A stretch of DNA of 26,091 nucleotides from Candidatus Eiseniibacteriota bacterium. Its GTDB lineage: Bacteria > Eisenbacteria > RBG-16-71-46. The notes below the pieces were generated by a model. It was not told the origin of the DNA. It saw nothing but the letters and a program-made list of their open reading frames with translations, and made no database searches. A program made the translations under genes and the position numbers. The stretch is taken from NCBI GenBank assembly GCA_041483195.1, contig JBGPFC010000048.1, positions 1 through 26,091 on the forward strand, written 5' to 3'. Below, one piece after another: positions 15,018 through 23,451 of the stretch; the stretch's first letter is position 1; each line of letters starts with the position of its first letter.

Positions 15018-15950
15018 GTGGATCCCTACCGGATCTTCACAGGCAACGCCAGCCGCAAGCTCGCGTTGTCGATCTGCGAGAGGTTGAACGCTCCGCTCGG
15101 AGACGCGGATGTCACGCGCTTCGAGGACGGCGAAGTGTCGGTGCGCTTCAACGAGAACATTCGCGGAAGCGACGTGTTCATCGTCCAGGCCACCGGCGCG
15201 CCGGCTGACAACCTCATGGAGCTGCTGGTCATGCTCGACGCGGCCAAGCGCGCCTCCGCGCGCCGCGTCACCGCGGTGCTGCCTTACTTCGGCTACGCGC
15301 GCCAGGACCGCAAGGACCAGCCGCGGGCGCCGATCACCGCGAAGCTGGTCGCCAACCTGATCACCGTGGCGGGCGCCGATCGCGCGCTGACGATGGATCT
15401 CCACAGCGCGCAGATCCAGGGCTTCTTCGACATCCCGTTCGACCATCTCTACGCCGCGCCCGTCATGATCGAGTACTTCACCCGCAAGCAGATCCCGGAC
15501 CTGATCGTGGTCGCGCCCGACGTCGGCGGCGTCAAGATGGCGCGCGCGTACGCGAAGCGGCTCGGTGCCGACCTGGTGCTGGCCGACAAGCGGCGGCCGC
15601 GACCGGATGCCGTCGAGATCATGAACATCATCGGCGACGTGCACGGCAAGAACGCCGTGCTGTTCGACGACGTCGTCACGACCGCCCGCACGCTGTGCCA
15701 GGCGGCCGCGGCGATTCGCGCCGGCGGCGCGAAGGAGATCTACGCCGGGGTCACGCACGGCGTTTTCAGTCCGGGCGCGCTCGAGCGCATCGGGAAGTCG
15801 CCGATTCGCGAGCTCGTCATCACGGACACGGTGGGCCACGAGCCGGGCTCGCTGCCGGCCAACGTCACCGAGCTGTCGGTGGCGGGGCTGCTCGGCGAGG
15901 CGGTGCAGCGCATTCACGAGGAGCGGTCGCTCAGCTCGCTGTTCGTCTAG
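15018..15950 (+). CDS. prs: Ribose-phosphate pyrophosphokinase (PRPP synthetase)
   Basis: FEDGE, ENIRGSDVF, PYFGYARQDRK, MDLHSAQIQGFFDIP, VAPDVGGV, DKRR and THGVFS motifs. GTG start with SD AGGAG. Confidence 0.97.
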   Translation: MDPYRIFTGNASRKLALSICERLNAPLGDADVTRFEDGEVSVRFNENIRGSDVFIVQATGAPADNLMELLVMLDAAKRASARRVTAVLPYFGYARQDRKDQPRAPITAKLVANLITVAGADRALTMDLHSAQIQGFFDIPFDHLYAAPVMIEYFTRKQIPDLIVVAPDVGGVKMARAYAKRLGADLVLADKRRPRPDAVEIMNIIGDVHGKNAVLFDDVVTTARTLCQAAAAIRAGGAKEIYAGVTHGVFSPGALERIGKSPIRELVITDTVGHEPGSLPANVTELSVAGLLGEAVQRIHEERSLSSLFV

Positions 15951-16041
15951 ACACCACGCGCGGTCCGATTCGCCCGGGTGGGCGAGGCGGCACGCCGGAA
16001 GCACGGGGCCTCGAGAGGCCCCGATCGATGGAGGAGATGCC

Positions 16042-16791
16042 ATGCCCGTCATTCCGCTGACCGGCGCGCGCCGGGTGAAGCTCGGCAAGGGCGGCGCCCG
16101 CAAGTCCCGCGCGGCCGGCAACATTCCGGCCGTGCTCTACGGCCACGGTAAGGACGCGATCGCCGTCGCGATCGCGGCACGTGACTTCGAGGTCGCCCTG
16201 CGCCAGCACAAGGGGGGCAACCCGATCGTCAATCTCGCGATCGACGGCGGCGACTACACCGCCCTGATCCGCGACGTGCAGTACGACCCGCTCACGCACC
16301 ACATCCTGCACCTCGACTTCCAGCACATCTCGCTGACCGAGACCGTCGAAGTCCGGGTCAACCTGCACCTCACCGGTCTGGCGCTCGGCGTCAAGGACGG
16401 CGGCGGGATTCTCGAGCACATCCTGCGCGACGTCGAGGTGCGCTGCCTGCCCACCGCGATTCCGGGCGCGATCGAGGTGGACGTCTCGGCGTTGAACATC
16501 GGCGACTCGATTCACGTCCGCGAGATCTCGGTGCCGGACATCGTGATCCTCACCGACGCGAACGCGACGATCGCGACCGTCGTGCCGCCGACCGTGATGG
16601 AAGAGAAGCCGGCCGAGGAGGTCGTGGCCGGTGCGGTGGAGACCGCCGAGCCCGAGGTCATCGCGAAGGGCAAGAAGGACGAAGAGGGCGAGGTGGTTGC
16701 GGAGAAGGGCGACAAGCCCGAGAAGGCGGAGAAGGGCGAGAAGGCGGAAAAGAAGGGGGACAAGAGGGAGGACAAGAAAGAGAAGAAGTAG
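16042..16791 (+). CDS. rplY: 50S ribosomal protein bL25, long CTC-type form with a charged tail
   Basis: GKGGARK.R..G.IPAVLYG, DVQYDP....ILHLDF, GVKDGGG.L, and IEVDVS.L.IGDSIHV motifs. SD GGAGGAG. Confidence 0.96.
   Translation: MPVIPLTGARRVKLGKGGARKSRAAGNIPAVLYGHGKDAIAVAIAARDFEVALRQHKGGNPIVNLAIDGGDYTALIRDVQYDPLTHHILHLDFQHISLTETVEVRVNLHLTGLALGVKDGGGILEHILRDVEVRCLPTAIPGAIEVDVSALNIGDSIHVREISVPDIVILTDANATIATVVPPTVMEEKPAEEVVAGAVETAEPEVIAKGKKDEEGEVVAEKGDKPEKAEKGEKAEKKGDKREDKKEKK
16702..16788 (+). repeat. Low-complexity 9-nt-period repeat (GAGAAG-NNN) encoding the Glu/Lys tail of bL25
   Basis: gagaagggc gacaagccc gagaaggcg gagaagggc gagaaggcg... translates as EKG DKP EKA EKG EKA EKK. Confidence 0.7.
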
Positions 16792-16794
16792 CCG

Positions 16795-17379
16795 GTGGCC
16801 GTGGTGCTCGGCCTGGGAAATCCCGGCGCGCGTTACGCGCGAACCCGTCACAACGCGGGCTTCCGGGTGATCGAGACGCTGGTGGACCGCTGGAAGGCGG
16901 CCGAGGCCGGCGCGAACGATCTCTATCGCGCGTGGACCGCGACACCGGCGGGGCGCGCGACCACGCTGATCACGCCGCTCACGTTCATGAACGCGAGCGG
17001 TCAGGCGCTCGACGCCTGGCGGGCCCTGCACGAGTTCGAGCTGGACTCGCTGCTGGCGGTCGCGGACGACGTCTACCTGCCGGTGGGCACGCTGCGGCTG
17101 CGGGCGGAGGGCTCGAGCGGCGGGCACCGGGGTCTCGCGAGCGTCGAGGCCGCGCTCGGCACGCGGGCGTTCGCGAGGCTGCGAATCGGCGTGGGCGAGG
17201 CGCCGGGGTCGGCACTCCGCGAGCACGTGCTCTCGGCATTCGGTGAGGAAGAAGCGAAGCAGGCGGAGGAGGCCGTGCGGCTCGCGGCGGACGCCGTCGA
17301 ATGCTGGATCGGCGAGGGATTGCTCGCCGCCATGAACCGTTTCAATCGCAGAACGCGCAGGGAGGTTTCCGAACCGTGA
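16795..17379 (+). CDS. pth: Peptidyl-tRNA hydrolase
   Basis: GLGNPG..Y..TRHNAGF, PLTFMNASG, DDVYLP.G.LRLR..GSSGGH.G and RLRIGVG motifs. Confidence 0.95.
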   Translation: MAVVLGLGNPGARYARTRHNAGFRVIETLVDRWKAAEAGANDLYRAWTATPAGRATTLITPLTFMNASGQALDAWRALHEFELDSLLAVADDVYLPVGTLRLRAEGSSGGHRGLASVEAALGTRAFARLRIGVGEAPGSALREHVLSAFGEEEAKQAEEAVRLAADAVECWIGEGLLAAMNRFNRRTRREVSEP

Positions 17380-17732
17380 CTAAGTACGAAACGACGTTCA
17401 TCCTCGATCCGGGCCTCGACGAGACACGGGTCAAAGAGGAAGTCGAACGCGTGACCCAATGGATCAAGGATCTGGGCGGAGAGCTCGTCGAAGTCCAGAA
17501 TTGGGGCAAGCGCCGGCTGGCCTACGAGATCAACAAGAAGCGCGACGGAATCTACACGATGCTGCTGTACCAGGGGCCGGGGGCGATCGTGAAGGAGATC
17601 GAGCGCCGGTTGCGACTGAACGAGAGCGTCATGCGCATTCTCACCGTGATCCACGTGCCGCCCGAGCCCACCGTGCCGCAGATCGATCCCGAGGTGGCGG
17701 CGGCGGCGGCGGATGACGGTCCGGACGAATAG
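17376..17732 (+). CDS. rpsF: 30S ribosomal protein bS6
   Basis: GTG start overlapping the pth stop, with SD GGAGG. KYETTFILDP, WGKRRLAYEINK and RLRLNESVMR motifs. Confidence 0.96.
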   Translation: MTKYETTFILDPGLDETRVKEEVERVTQWIKDLGGELVEVQNWGKRRLAYEINKKRDGIYTMLLYQGPGAIVKEIERRLRLNESVMRILTVIHVPPEPTVPQIDPEVAAAAADDGPDE

Positions 17733-17806
17733 CGCGCCGCGGGAGCACACCGGCGCCATCGTGGTGATGGCGTGCCGGCAGGTACGGGGAGGTGAGAAGC
17801 GAAGCG

Positions 17807-18049
17807 ATGGCCAAGGAACGTGAAGGCAAGAGCATCAAGAAGAAGTACTGCAAGCTGTGCTTCGAGAAGGTGGGATTCATCGACTACAAGGACGACAAGC
17901 GCGTCGCGCGATTCGTGACCGACCGCGGCAAGATCGTGCCGCGACGCGTGAGCGGAACGTGCGCGATGCACCAGAAGCAGCTCACGACCGCGATCAAGCG
18001 CGCGCGCGTGCTCGCGCTGCTGCCGTTCACCAGTGACTTCTATCGCTGA
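17807..18049 (+). CDS. rpsR: 30S ribosomal protein bS18 (Zn-ribbon, C+ form)
   Basis: [26 protein letters not shown] and [13 protein letters not shown] motifs. Confidence 0.97.
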   Translation: MAKEREGKSIKKKYCKLCFEKVGFIDYKDDKRVARFVTDRGKIVPRRVSGTCAMHQKQLTTAIKRARVLALLPFTSDFYR

Positions 18050-18059
18050 AGGCTCCGGG

Positions 18060-19013
18060 GTGCGGCACGGGCCATCCTGGCTCCGCTCCACACTCCTGGT
18101 CGCGGCGCTGACCGTTTCCGCGCTGCAGACGCCCATGCCGTGGGGCGTGCTGTGGCTGATGGTCCCGCTCTCGGTCGCGGCGTCCATGCTGTGGGCGTGG
18201 CGCTTCGGCGCATGGGGCGTGGCGATCCCGGTCGCCCTGTTCGCGGCCGCCGTCGCCCGCGAGGGCCCGCTGAGTCTCTGGGTGTGGTGGATCCCGGTCG
18301 CGTGCCTGAGCGCGGTGTGGATGGGGATGCGCGAGGAAGGGGGCGGTCCGAGCGGTGGCGAGCGCGCCTGGATGCTGCTGCCCGTCCTGCTGCTGGCGGC
18401 CGGCCTGCCGTGGGCGCTGCGCTATCCCGATTTCATCGCGCGTGTCGAGCGCGAGCTCAAGGCCGGCGACGCGCAGCTCGTGGCGTTCTGCGAGCAGCTC
18501 GGCTACCAGGGCGAGCGGCTGGCTTCGCTGAAGCGAACGATCGGCGAGAACGCGACGCTGCGGCAGCACGCGTTGCCGCACGTGCTGCCCTCGGTGCTGT
18601 TCGTGTGGGTCGCGCTGCTGATCGGCGCCGGGCGCGCGGTCGCCTCGCGGGTCGCGACCGCGCTGCGGTGGCCGGCGCTCTCGAGCGCGCGGCTCAGGGA
18701 ATGGCGTCTGCCCGACGGCGCGATCTGGGTGTTCCTGCTCGGGCTCGCGCTGGTGATCGCGCCGCTGCCTTCGTGGGCGCCGACCGCGTGGACGCTGTTG
18801 ATCAATACGTTGCTCGGATTTTGTGTCCAGGGTGTGGCGGTCGTAGAATCCCTGCTGCTCGCGCGCGGCGTGCCACCCTCCATCATCGTCCTGACCATGC
18901 TGTTCGTGTTCACCGTCGCGATGCCGGTCTTCATGCTGACCACGGCGGCGGTGGGCCTGAGCGACGTCTGGCTGGACTATCGCCGGCTCGAGCCGGTACC
19001 GGATCCGGAATAG
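18060..19013 (+). CDS. YybS/DUF2232-like integral membrane protein
   Basis: Many hydrophobic helices, WRLPD..IW.F, QGVAVV and C-terminal GLSDVWLDYRR. Typical position between rpsR and rplI. Start uncertain (18033 or 18060). Confidence 0.7.
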   Translation: MRHGPSWLRSTLLVAALTVSALQTPMPWGVLWLMVPLSVAASMLWAWRFGAWGVAIPVALFAAAVAREGPLSLWVWWIPVACLSAVWMGMREEGGGPSGGERAWMLLPVLLLAAGLPWALRYPDFIARVERELKAGDAQLVAFCEQLGYQGERLASLKRTIGENATLRQHALPHVLPSVLFVWVALLIGAGRAVASRVATALRWPALSSARLREWRLPDGAIWVFLLGLALVIAPLPSWAPTAWTLLINTLLGFCVQGVAVVESLLLARGVPPSIIVLTMLFVFTVAMPVFMLTTAAVGLSDVWLDYRRLEPVPDPE

Positions 19014-19031
19014 AACGGGAGAAAATCGAAG

Positions 19032-19475
19032 ATGGACGTCATCCTGCTGGAAGACATGAAGGGGCTGGGCGCCAAGGGCAGCCTGGTTCACGTGAAGCCC
19101 GGCTACGCTCGCAACTACCTGCTCCCGCAGCGCCTCGCGATCGGGGCGAGCACGCGGGCGGCGAACCTCTACCAGGAGCTCGAGCGCCAGCGTCAGGCGC
19201 AGGAGGACAAGCGCCTGGTTCAGGCGCGGGCCGAGGCCGCGCTGCTCGACGGCGTCGAGATCAACATCCTGGCCCAGGCGAACGAGGAGGACACGCTGTT
19301 CGGCTCGATCACGTCGAGCGACGTCGCCGACGCGCTCGAGAAGGCCGGCCACAAAGCGGACCGTCGCCGCATCGAGCTCGACGGGCACATCAAGCAGCTC
19401 GGCAAGTACGACGTTCCGGTGCGCTTCTACGGCGGCGTGACCGCGACCCTCAAGGTCTGGGTGGTGCGCGCATGA
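19032..19475 (+). CDS. rplI: 50S ribosomal protein bL9
   Basis: MDVILLED..GLG..G..V.VKPGYARNYLLP, LFGSIT and IKQLG.Y.V motifs. Confidence 0.97.
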   Translation: MDVILLEDMKGLGAKGSLVHVKPGYARNYLLPQRLAIGASTRAANLYQELERQRQAQEDKRLVQARAEAALLDGVEINILAQANEEDTLFGSITSSDVADALEKAGHKADRRRIELDGHIKQLGKYDVPVRFYGGVTATLKVWVVRA

Positions 19476-20782
19476 GACTCCGGCGCTTCGCGATCGTGAT
19501 CGCGCTGCTCGCGACGAGCGCGGCCGTGACGCCGAGTGCCCGGACCGCGGTCGCGGCCGCGGCCGCGAAGCCCGGCACGGCGGCCGGCCGCGGGTCCGCC
19601 GCGCGTCCCGCGGCCGCCGCGGCGCGTGACGGCGACCACCAGGTGCTGGTTCGCCTCGGCCGCGAGACCATCACCCGCGGCGACCTGCAGCGCCGCATCG
19701 AGGAATTGCCCGATCAGTTTCGCTCGAACTACTCCACCCCGGAGGGGCGTCAGCAGCTGGTGGAGCGCATGATCGAGGAGCGGGTGTGGATGATCCAGGC
19801 GGAGAAGGCGGGCATCCTGAAGCGTCCGCAGATCATCCGCCAGATCGAGAGCCAGCGCCGCGACCTGGTGATCCGCGCCTACGTGACCGAGATGATGGGC
19901 GCGAATCCCGCGCCATCCGATTCGGACGCGCGCGTGTACTACGACGCGCATCTCGCGGAGTACCGCGTGCCGGCCAGCCTCTCGGTGCGCCACATCCAGA
20001 CCCGCACCGAGGCCGAGGCCCGGCGGGTGCTGCAATGGGCGCGGGGCAAGCAGGACTGGAACAAGCTGGTGCAGCGCTTCTCGGCCGACACGCTCACGCG
20101 CTCGACCGGCGGGGCGCTGGGCACCACCACGCGCGAAGGCGTGTTCGCGTCGATCGGCGCCCAGCCGGCGCTCGCCGAGTCGGCGTTCGCGCTCGGCGAT
20201 GGCAAGATCGGCGGTCCGTTCCACACCGATCACGGCTGGCACGTGATCAAGGTGGAGTCGGTGAAGCTCGAGACCACGCGGCCGTTCGATCAGGTGCGTC
20301 CCATGATCGTGAGGCAGCTCGCGTCGCAGCGCTCGCAGGAGTACTACCGGTCGAAGCTCGAGGCGACGCGGAAGAGTCTCGGCGTCGCGCCCGATTCCAA
20401 CGCGATTCGGGGATTCGTCGAGCAGAAGAAGAGCGCGCGCGACATGTTCCGCGAGGCGCAGGAGGCCGGGCCCGCCGCGCAGCGCATCGATCTGTACCAG
20501 CGTCTGCTGAACGACTATCCGGACAGCGAGGTCAGCCCGCAGGCCCAGTTCATGATCGGCTTCATCAACTCCGAGGAGCTCAAGAACTACGACCAGGCGG
20601 ACCTCGCCTTTCGCGCGCTCCTCAAGCGCTATCCGAAATCCGAGCTCGCCGCCTCGGCGCAGTGGATGCTGGACCACATGCGGAGCGAGGACGCCCCCGC
20701 GTTTTTCGACATGGGGGCGGACTCGACCGGTCACGCCGGCCCGCATGGCCGCGCGGGAAAGGGCGCGTCGGGCAAGCCGTGA
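19472..20782 (+). CDS. Exported parvulin (PpiC)-type peptidyl-prolyl isomerase/foldase with a C-terminal TPR region
   Basis: ATG overlapping the rplI stop, then a signal peptide and a PrsA/SurA-like N-region. Parvulin motifs VRHI, FSAD...GGALG, AFAL and PFHTDHGWHVIKV. C-terminal YPDSE...AQFMIG / YPKSE repeats. Confidence 0.82.
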   Translation: MRLRRFAIVIALLATSAAVTPSARTAVAAAAAKPGTAAGRGSAARPAAAAARDGDHQVLVRLGRETITRGDLQRRIEELPDQFRSNYSTPEGRQQLVERMIEERVWMIQAEKAGILKRPQIIRQIESQRRDLVIRAYVTEMMGANPAPSDSDARVYYDAHLAEYRVPASLSVRHIQTRTEAEARRVLQWARGKQDWNKLVQRFSADTLTRSTGGALGTTTREGVFASIGAQPALAESAFALGDGKIGGPFHTDHGWHVIKVESVKLETTRPFDQVRPMIVRQLASQRSQEYYRSKLEATRKSLGVAPDSNAIRGFVEQKKSARDMFREAQEAGPAAQRIDLYQRLLNDYPDSEVSPQAQFMIGFINSEELKNYDQADLAFRALLKRYPKSELAASAQWMLDHMRSEDAPAFFDMGADSTGHAGPHGRAGKGASGKP

Positions 20783-21297
20783 ACGTCGTCGAAGCCCAGG
20801 TCAAGGGGCTCATCCTCGAAAACAAGACGCAGCAGAACATCGTCATCCTGCGCGAGCTCGACGGCGAACGCATCCTGCCGATCTGGATCGGTCCCGGAGA
20901 GGCACAGGCCATCCGCCGCATACTGGCCGAGGACCCGTTTCCGCGTCCGCTCACCCATGACCTGCTGTGCCTGGTGGTCGAGGGGCTCAAGGCGAAGATC
21001 ACCCGCGTGGTGATCGGCGACCTTCGCGAGAACACCTTCTACGCGAGCGTTTTCGTCGAGCGCGACAGCGAGGTGCTGTCGATCGACGCGCGCCCCTCGG
21101 ATTCGATCGCGCTGGCGCTGCGCGCGCGCGCTCCGATCTACGTGAACGACAAGCTGCTCCAGACTCCGCCCGCGGCCGAAGAGGTCGCGCCAGAGGGCGA
21201 GCCCCCTCGCGAGCTGACCGACGAGGAGAAGGCCGAGCAGCTCCGGCGCTTTCTCGAGAAGCTCAACCCCGAGGACTTCGGGAAGTTTTCGCTTTGA
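20779..21297 (+). CDS. Bifunctional nuclease family protein (DUF151)
   Basis: GTG start overlapping the previous stop. IVILRE, LPIWIG..EA.AI, PRPLTHDL, TFYA, IDARPSDSIALALR and LEKLNPEDFGK motifs. Confidence 0.92.
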   Translation: MNVVEAQVKGLILENKTQQNIVILRELDGERILPIWIGPGEAQAIRRILAEDPFPRPLTHDLLCLVVEGLKAKITRVVIGDLRENTFYASVFVERDSEVLSIDARPSDSIALALRARAPIYVNDKLLQTPPAAEEVAPEGEPPRELTDEEKAEQLRRFLEKLNPEDFGKFSL

Positions 21298-22721
21298 GGT
21301 CGCGCCTCGCCGCACTCGGGCTCGTCCTGCTGGTCGCGGTGTGCGCAACGGGCGCGCGCGGCGGCCGCCCGCCACGCGCCGCGAGCGGGCCGCGCAGCGT
21401 CCAGGAGGCTGACGCGCTCGCCGGGGTGCTCCCGGGCCGCGATCGCGACCGCGCGCTCGCACAGTGGGCGGAGCGTGCGGGCCTGCCCGACCTGCTGTTC
21501 GTGCTGCGGCGTCCCGCCGCCGAGCTCGCGGGAGCCGAGGCGCCGCTGGTCGAGACCGCGCTCGCGCGCACGCACCCGGCGCGCCGCGCGCTTCAGGCCC
21601 GGCTCCTCACCCGGCTCGCGCTCGCCGATCCCGACGGCGCGGCGCGGCGCTTCGGCGCGCTCGCGCCGCGCGTGGCCGAGCTGCCGCGCCATCCGCGCGC
21701 CTCGGTATTCCGGGTGGGCGCGCTGCTCCCCGACCGCGGAGACTACGCGGGCTTCGGCCGCTCCGTGCGCCTCGGGATCGAGGCCGCTCTCGCCGAGGCC
21801 GATTCGGCGGAGGATCGTTCGCTCACGCTGCGCACCTGGTCCACCGGCGAGGGCGATCCCGCGGGGGTGGCCGCCGCGCTCGACTCCGCGCTCGATTCGA
21901 GCGCGCTGCTGGTCGGCGAGCTGCTGAGCGTGCCAACGCTCGAGATCGCGAGCGCGGCGCGTGCGGAGGGCGTCCCGCTCATCTCGCCGACCGCCACCGA
22001 TGAGGCGGTGGGCTCGGCCGGGCCGGCCGTATTCCAGATCGGCCCATCGGGCGCGCGGCGCGCCATCGAGCTGGCGCGCTCCTGGCTCGACGATCCGCCG
22101 AGTCGCGTGGGCGTGCTCGTCACCACCGACGCCGCGCGCGGCACCTTCGGCCAGCGGTTCGCCTCCGCGGCCGAGGCCTTCGGGTTCCAGGTGGTGTGGC
22201 GCGAGACCTATCCGCCCGACACCCAGGATTTTCGCGCGCTGGTGCGTGCGATGAGCGCGAAGAAGGTGGATCTGCTGTTCTGGGACGGCGAGCCGCGCGA
22301 AGCGGACGCCCTCATCAAGCAGCTCGTGAAGGACCGGATGAGCGTGCGATTGTGCGGAGGCGAGGGGCTCGCTCCCGAGCAGCATCACGCCGAGATCCGC
22401 CCGCTGATGGAGGGCGTGCGCTACATCGTGGAGGACTGGCGCTTCCCCGCGCCGCTCGAGGCGCGGCTCGACAGCCTGGCCCGGGCGGCCGGCGAGGATC
22501 GTGCGGGCACGCTGTTCGTGCGCGGTTTTCTCGCCGGACGCTTTCTCGCCGCCGCGGTGCGTGGCGGGGCGATGTGCCCGGAGGAGGTCACGAGCTTTCT
22601 CACCGCCTGGCTCGAGCACGATCCCGGCGCGCCGGCGCGCGGATTCCTGAACTGCCCCGCCGAGGGGGCGACGCTCCCGGTGTTCACCATCGCGCGCGGC
22701 AAGGCGGTGCCGCTGCCCTGA
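21294..22721 (+). CDS. Exported type-1 periplasmic-binding-fold protein (branched-chain amino-acid-binding or LpoA-like)
   Basis: TTG start overlapping the previous stop, then a signal peptide. RVGALLP..GDYAGFG..V..GI..A, LVGELLS, VPLISPTAT and ETY...TQDF patterns. Confidence 0.7.
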   Translation: MRSRLAALGLVLLVAVCATGARGGRPPRAASGPRSVQEADALAGVLPGRDRDRALAQWAERAGLPDLLFVLRRPAAELAGAEAPLVETALARTHPARRALQARLLTRLALADPDGAARRFGALAPRVAELPRHPRASVFRVGALLPDRGDYAGFGRSVRLGIEAALAEADSAEDRSLTLRTWSTGEGDPAGVAAALDSALDSSALLVGELLSVPTLEIASAARAEGVPLISPTATDEAVGSAGPAVFQIGPSGARRAIELARSWLDDPPSRVGVLVTTDAARGTFGQRFASAAEAFGFQVVWRETYPPDTQDFRALVRAMSAKKVDLLFWDGEPREADALIKQLVKDRMSVRLCGGEGLAPEQHHAEIRPLMEGVRYIVEDWRFPAPLEARLDSLARAAGEDRAGTLFVRGFLAGRFLAAAVRGGAMCPEEVTSFLTAWLEHDPGAPARGFLNCPAEGATLPVFTIARGKAVPLP

Positions 22722-22738
22722 ACCGGGCCGGCCGCCGC

Positions 22739-23419
22739 TCAGTAGATCGTGAAGTTGAAGCGGAACAGCGCGTACACATCGTGGACCGCGCCGCTCACGC
22801 GATAGGGCCGGAAACGGCAGCGCCACACGGCCTCGGTCGCGGCCTGCCTCAGCTCTTCGGCGGCGCTTCCCTCCAGCACCTCGACCTCAACCACCCGTCC
22901 GCCGGTATCCACCAGCGCCATCACCGCCACCCGCCCCTCGATGTTGTTGTCGCGGGCGTGCTCCGGATAGACGGGACGCACCAGGACCTCGATCACCAGC
23001 TCCGTGGACTGGACGATCGGGACGTCGCTGCGCCGCGCGTAGGCGCGTGCGAGCAGCTCATCGAGCGCGTCTCCGGGGCCGCTGATGCGGGGCCGCGACT
23101 CGGGCAAAGCCCGCGGTGACTTGGAGGAGCGCGGGTTCGGCGAACCGCCGCGCTCCGAGGAACGCTCGATCACCCGGCCGACGTTGCGCAGGGTCTGGGC
23201 CTTGCCCGGCGGGGGCTGGAGCAGGATGCGGTGCACGTACTGGTCCGGGCCTTCGAAGCCGAAGCGCAGGGCGGTGCGCCGCAGCGTGCGCTCGATCGGC
23301 GGGACCCGCGCGAGCGAGAGCGCGCCGAGAAACACCAGCCCCAGCGCGACGGCGATCAGCGAGACACGCCGCCCGTTGCGGGCACGCTCTTCGAAGTGGG
23401 CCTGGATACCGTGGAGCAT
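22739..23419 (-). CDS. TonB-family energy transducer (single TM helix plus TonB C-terminal domain)
   Basis: N-terminal TM helix, then PVYPEHAR..NIEGRV.V...VD..GRV..VEV...A.EAV...RFRP...V...FNF. The likely start is ATG 23419. Confidence 0.85.
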   Translation of the reverse strand: MLHGIQAHFEERARNGRRVSLIAVALGLVFLGALSLARVPPIERTLRRTALRFGFEGPDQYVHRILLQPPPGKAQTLRNVGRVIERSSERGGSPNPRSSKSPRALPESRPRISGPGDALDELLARAYARRSDVPIVQSTELVIEVLVRPVYPEHARDNNIEGRVAVMALVDTGGRVVEVEVLEGSAAEELRQAATEAVWRCRFRPYRVSGAVHDVYALFRFNFTIY

Positions 23420-23451
23420 GAATGAAGCCCCTGCGCCGGCCTGCGGGGGAT

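Noticed and set aside
17119..17133. Pth GGHRG in place of GGHNG
   Set aside because: The other catalytic motifs are intact and this position varies among Pth homologs, so there is no sign of inactivation.
17733..17806. No ssb/priB between rpsF and rpsR; a hairpin in the spacer
   Set aside because: Direct rpsF-rpsR adjacency is common in several phyla. One GC-rich hairpin is not enough to call an element.
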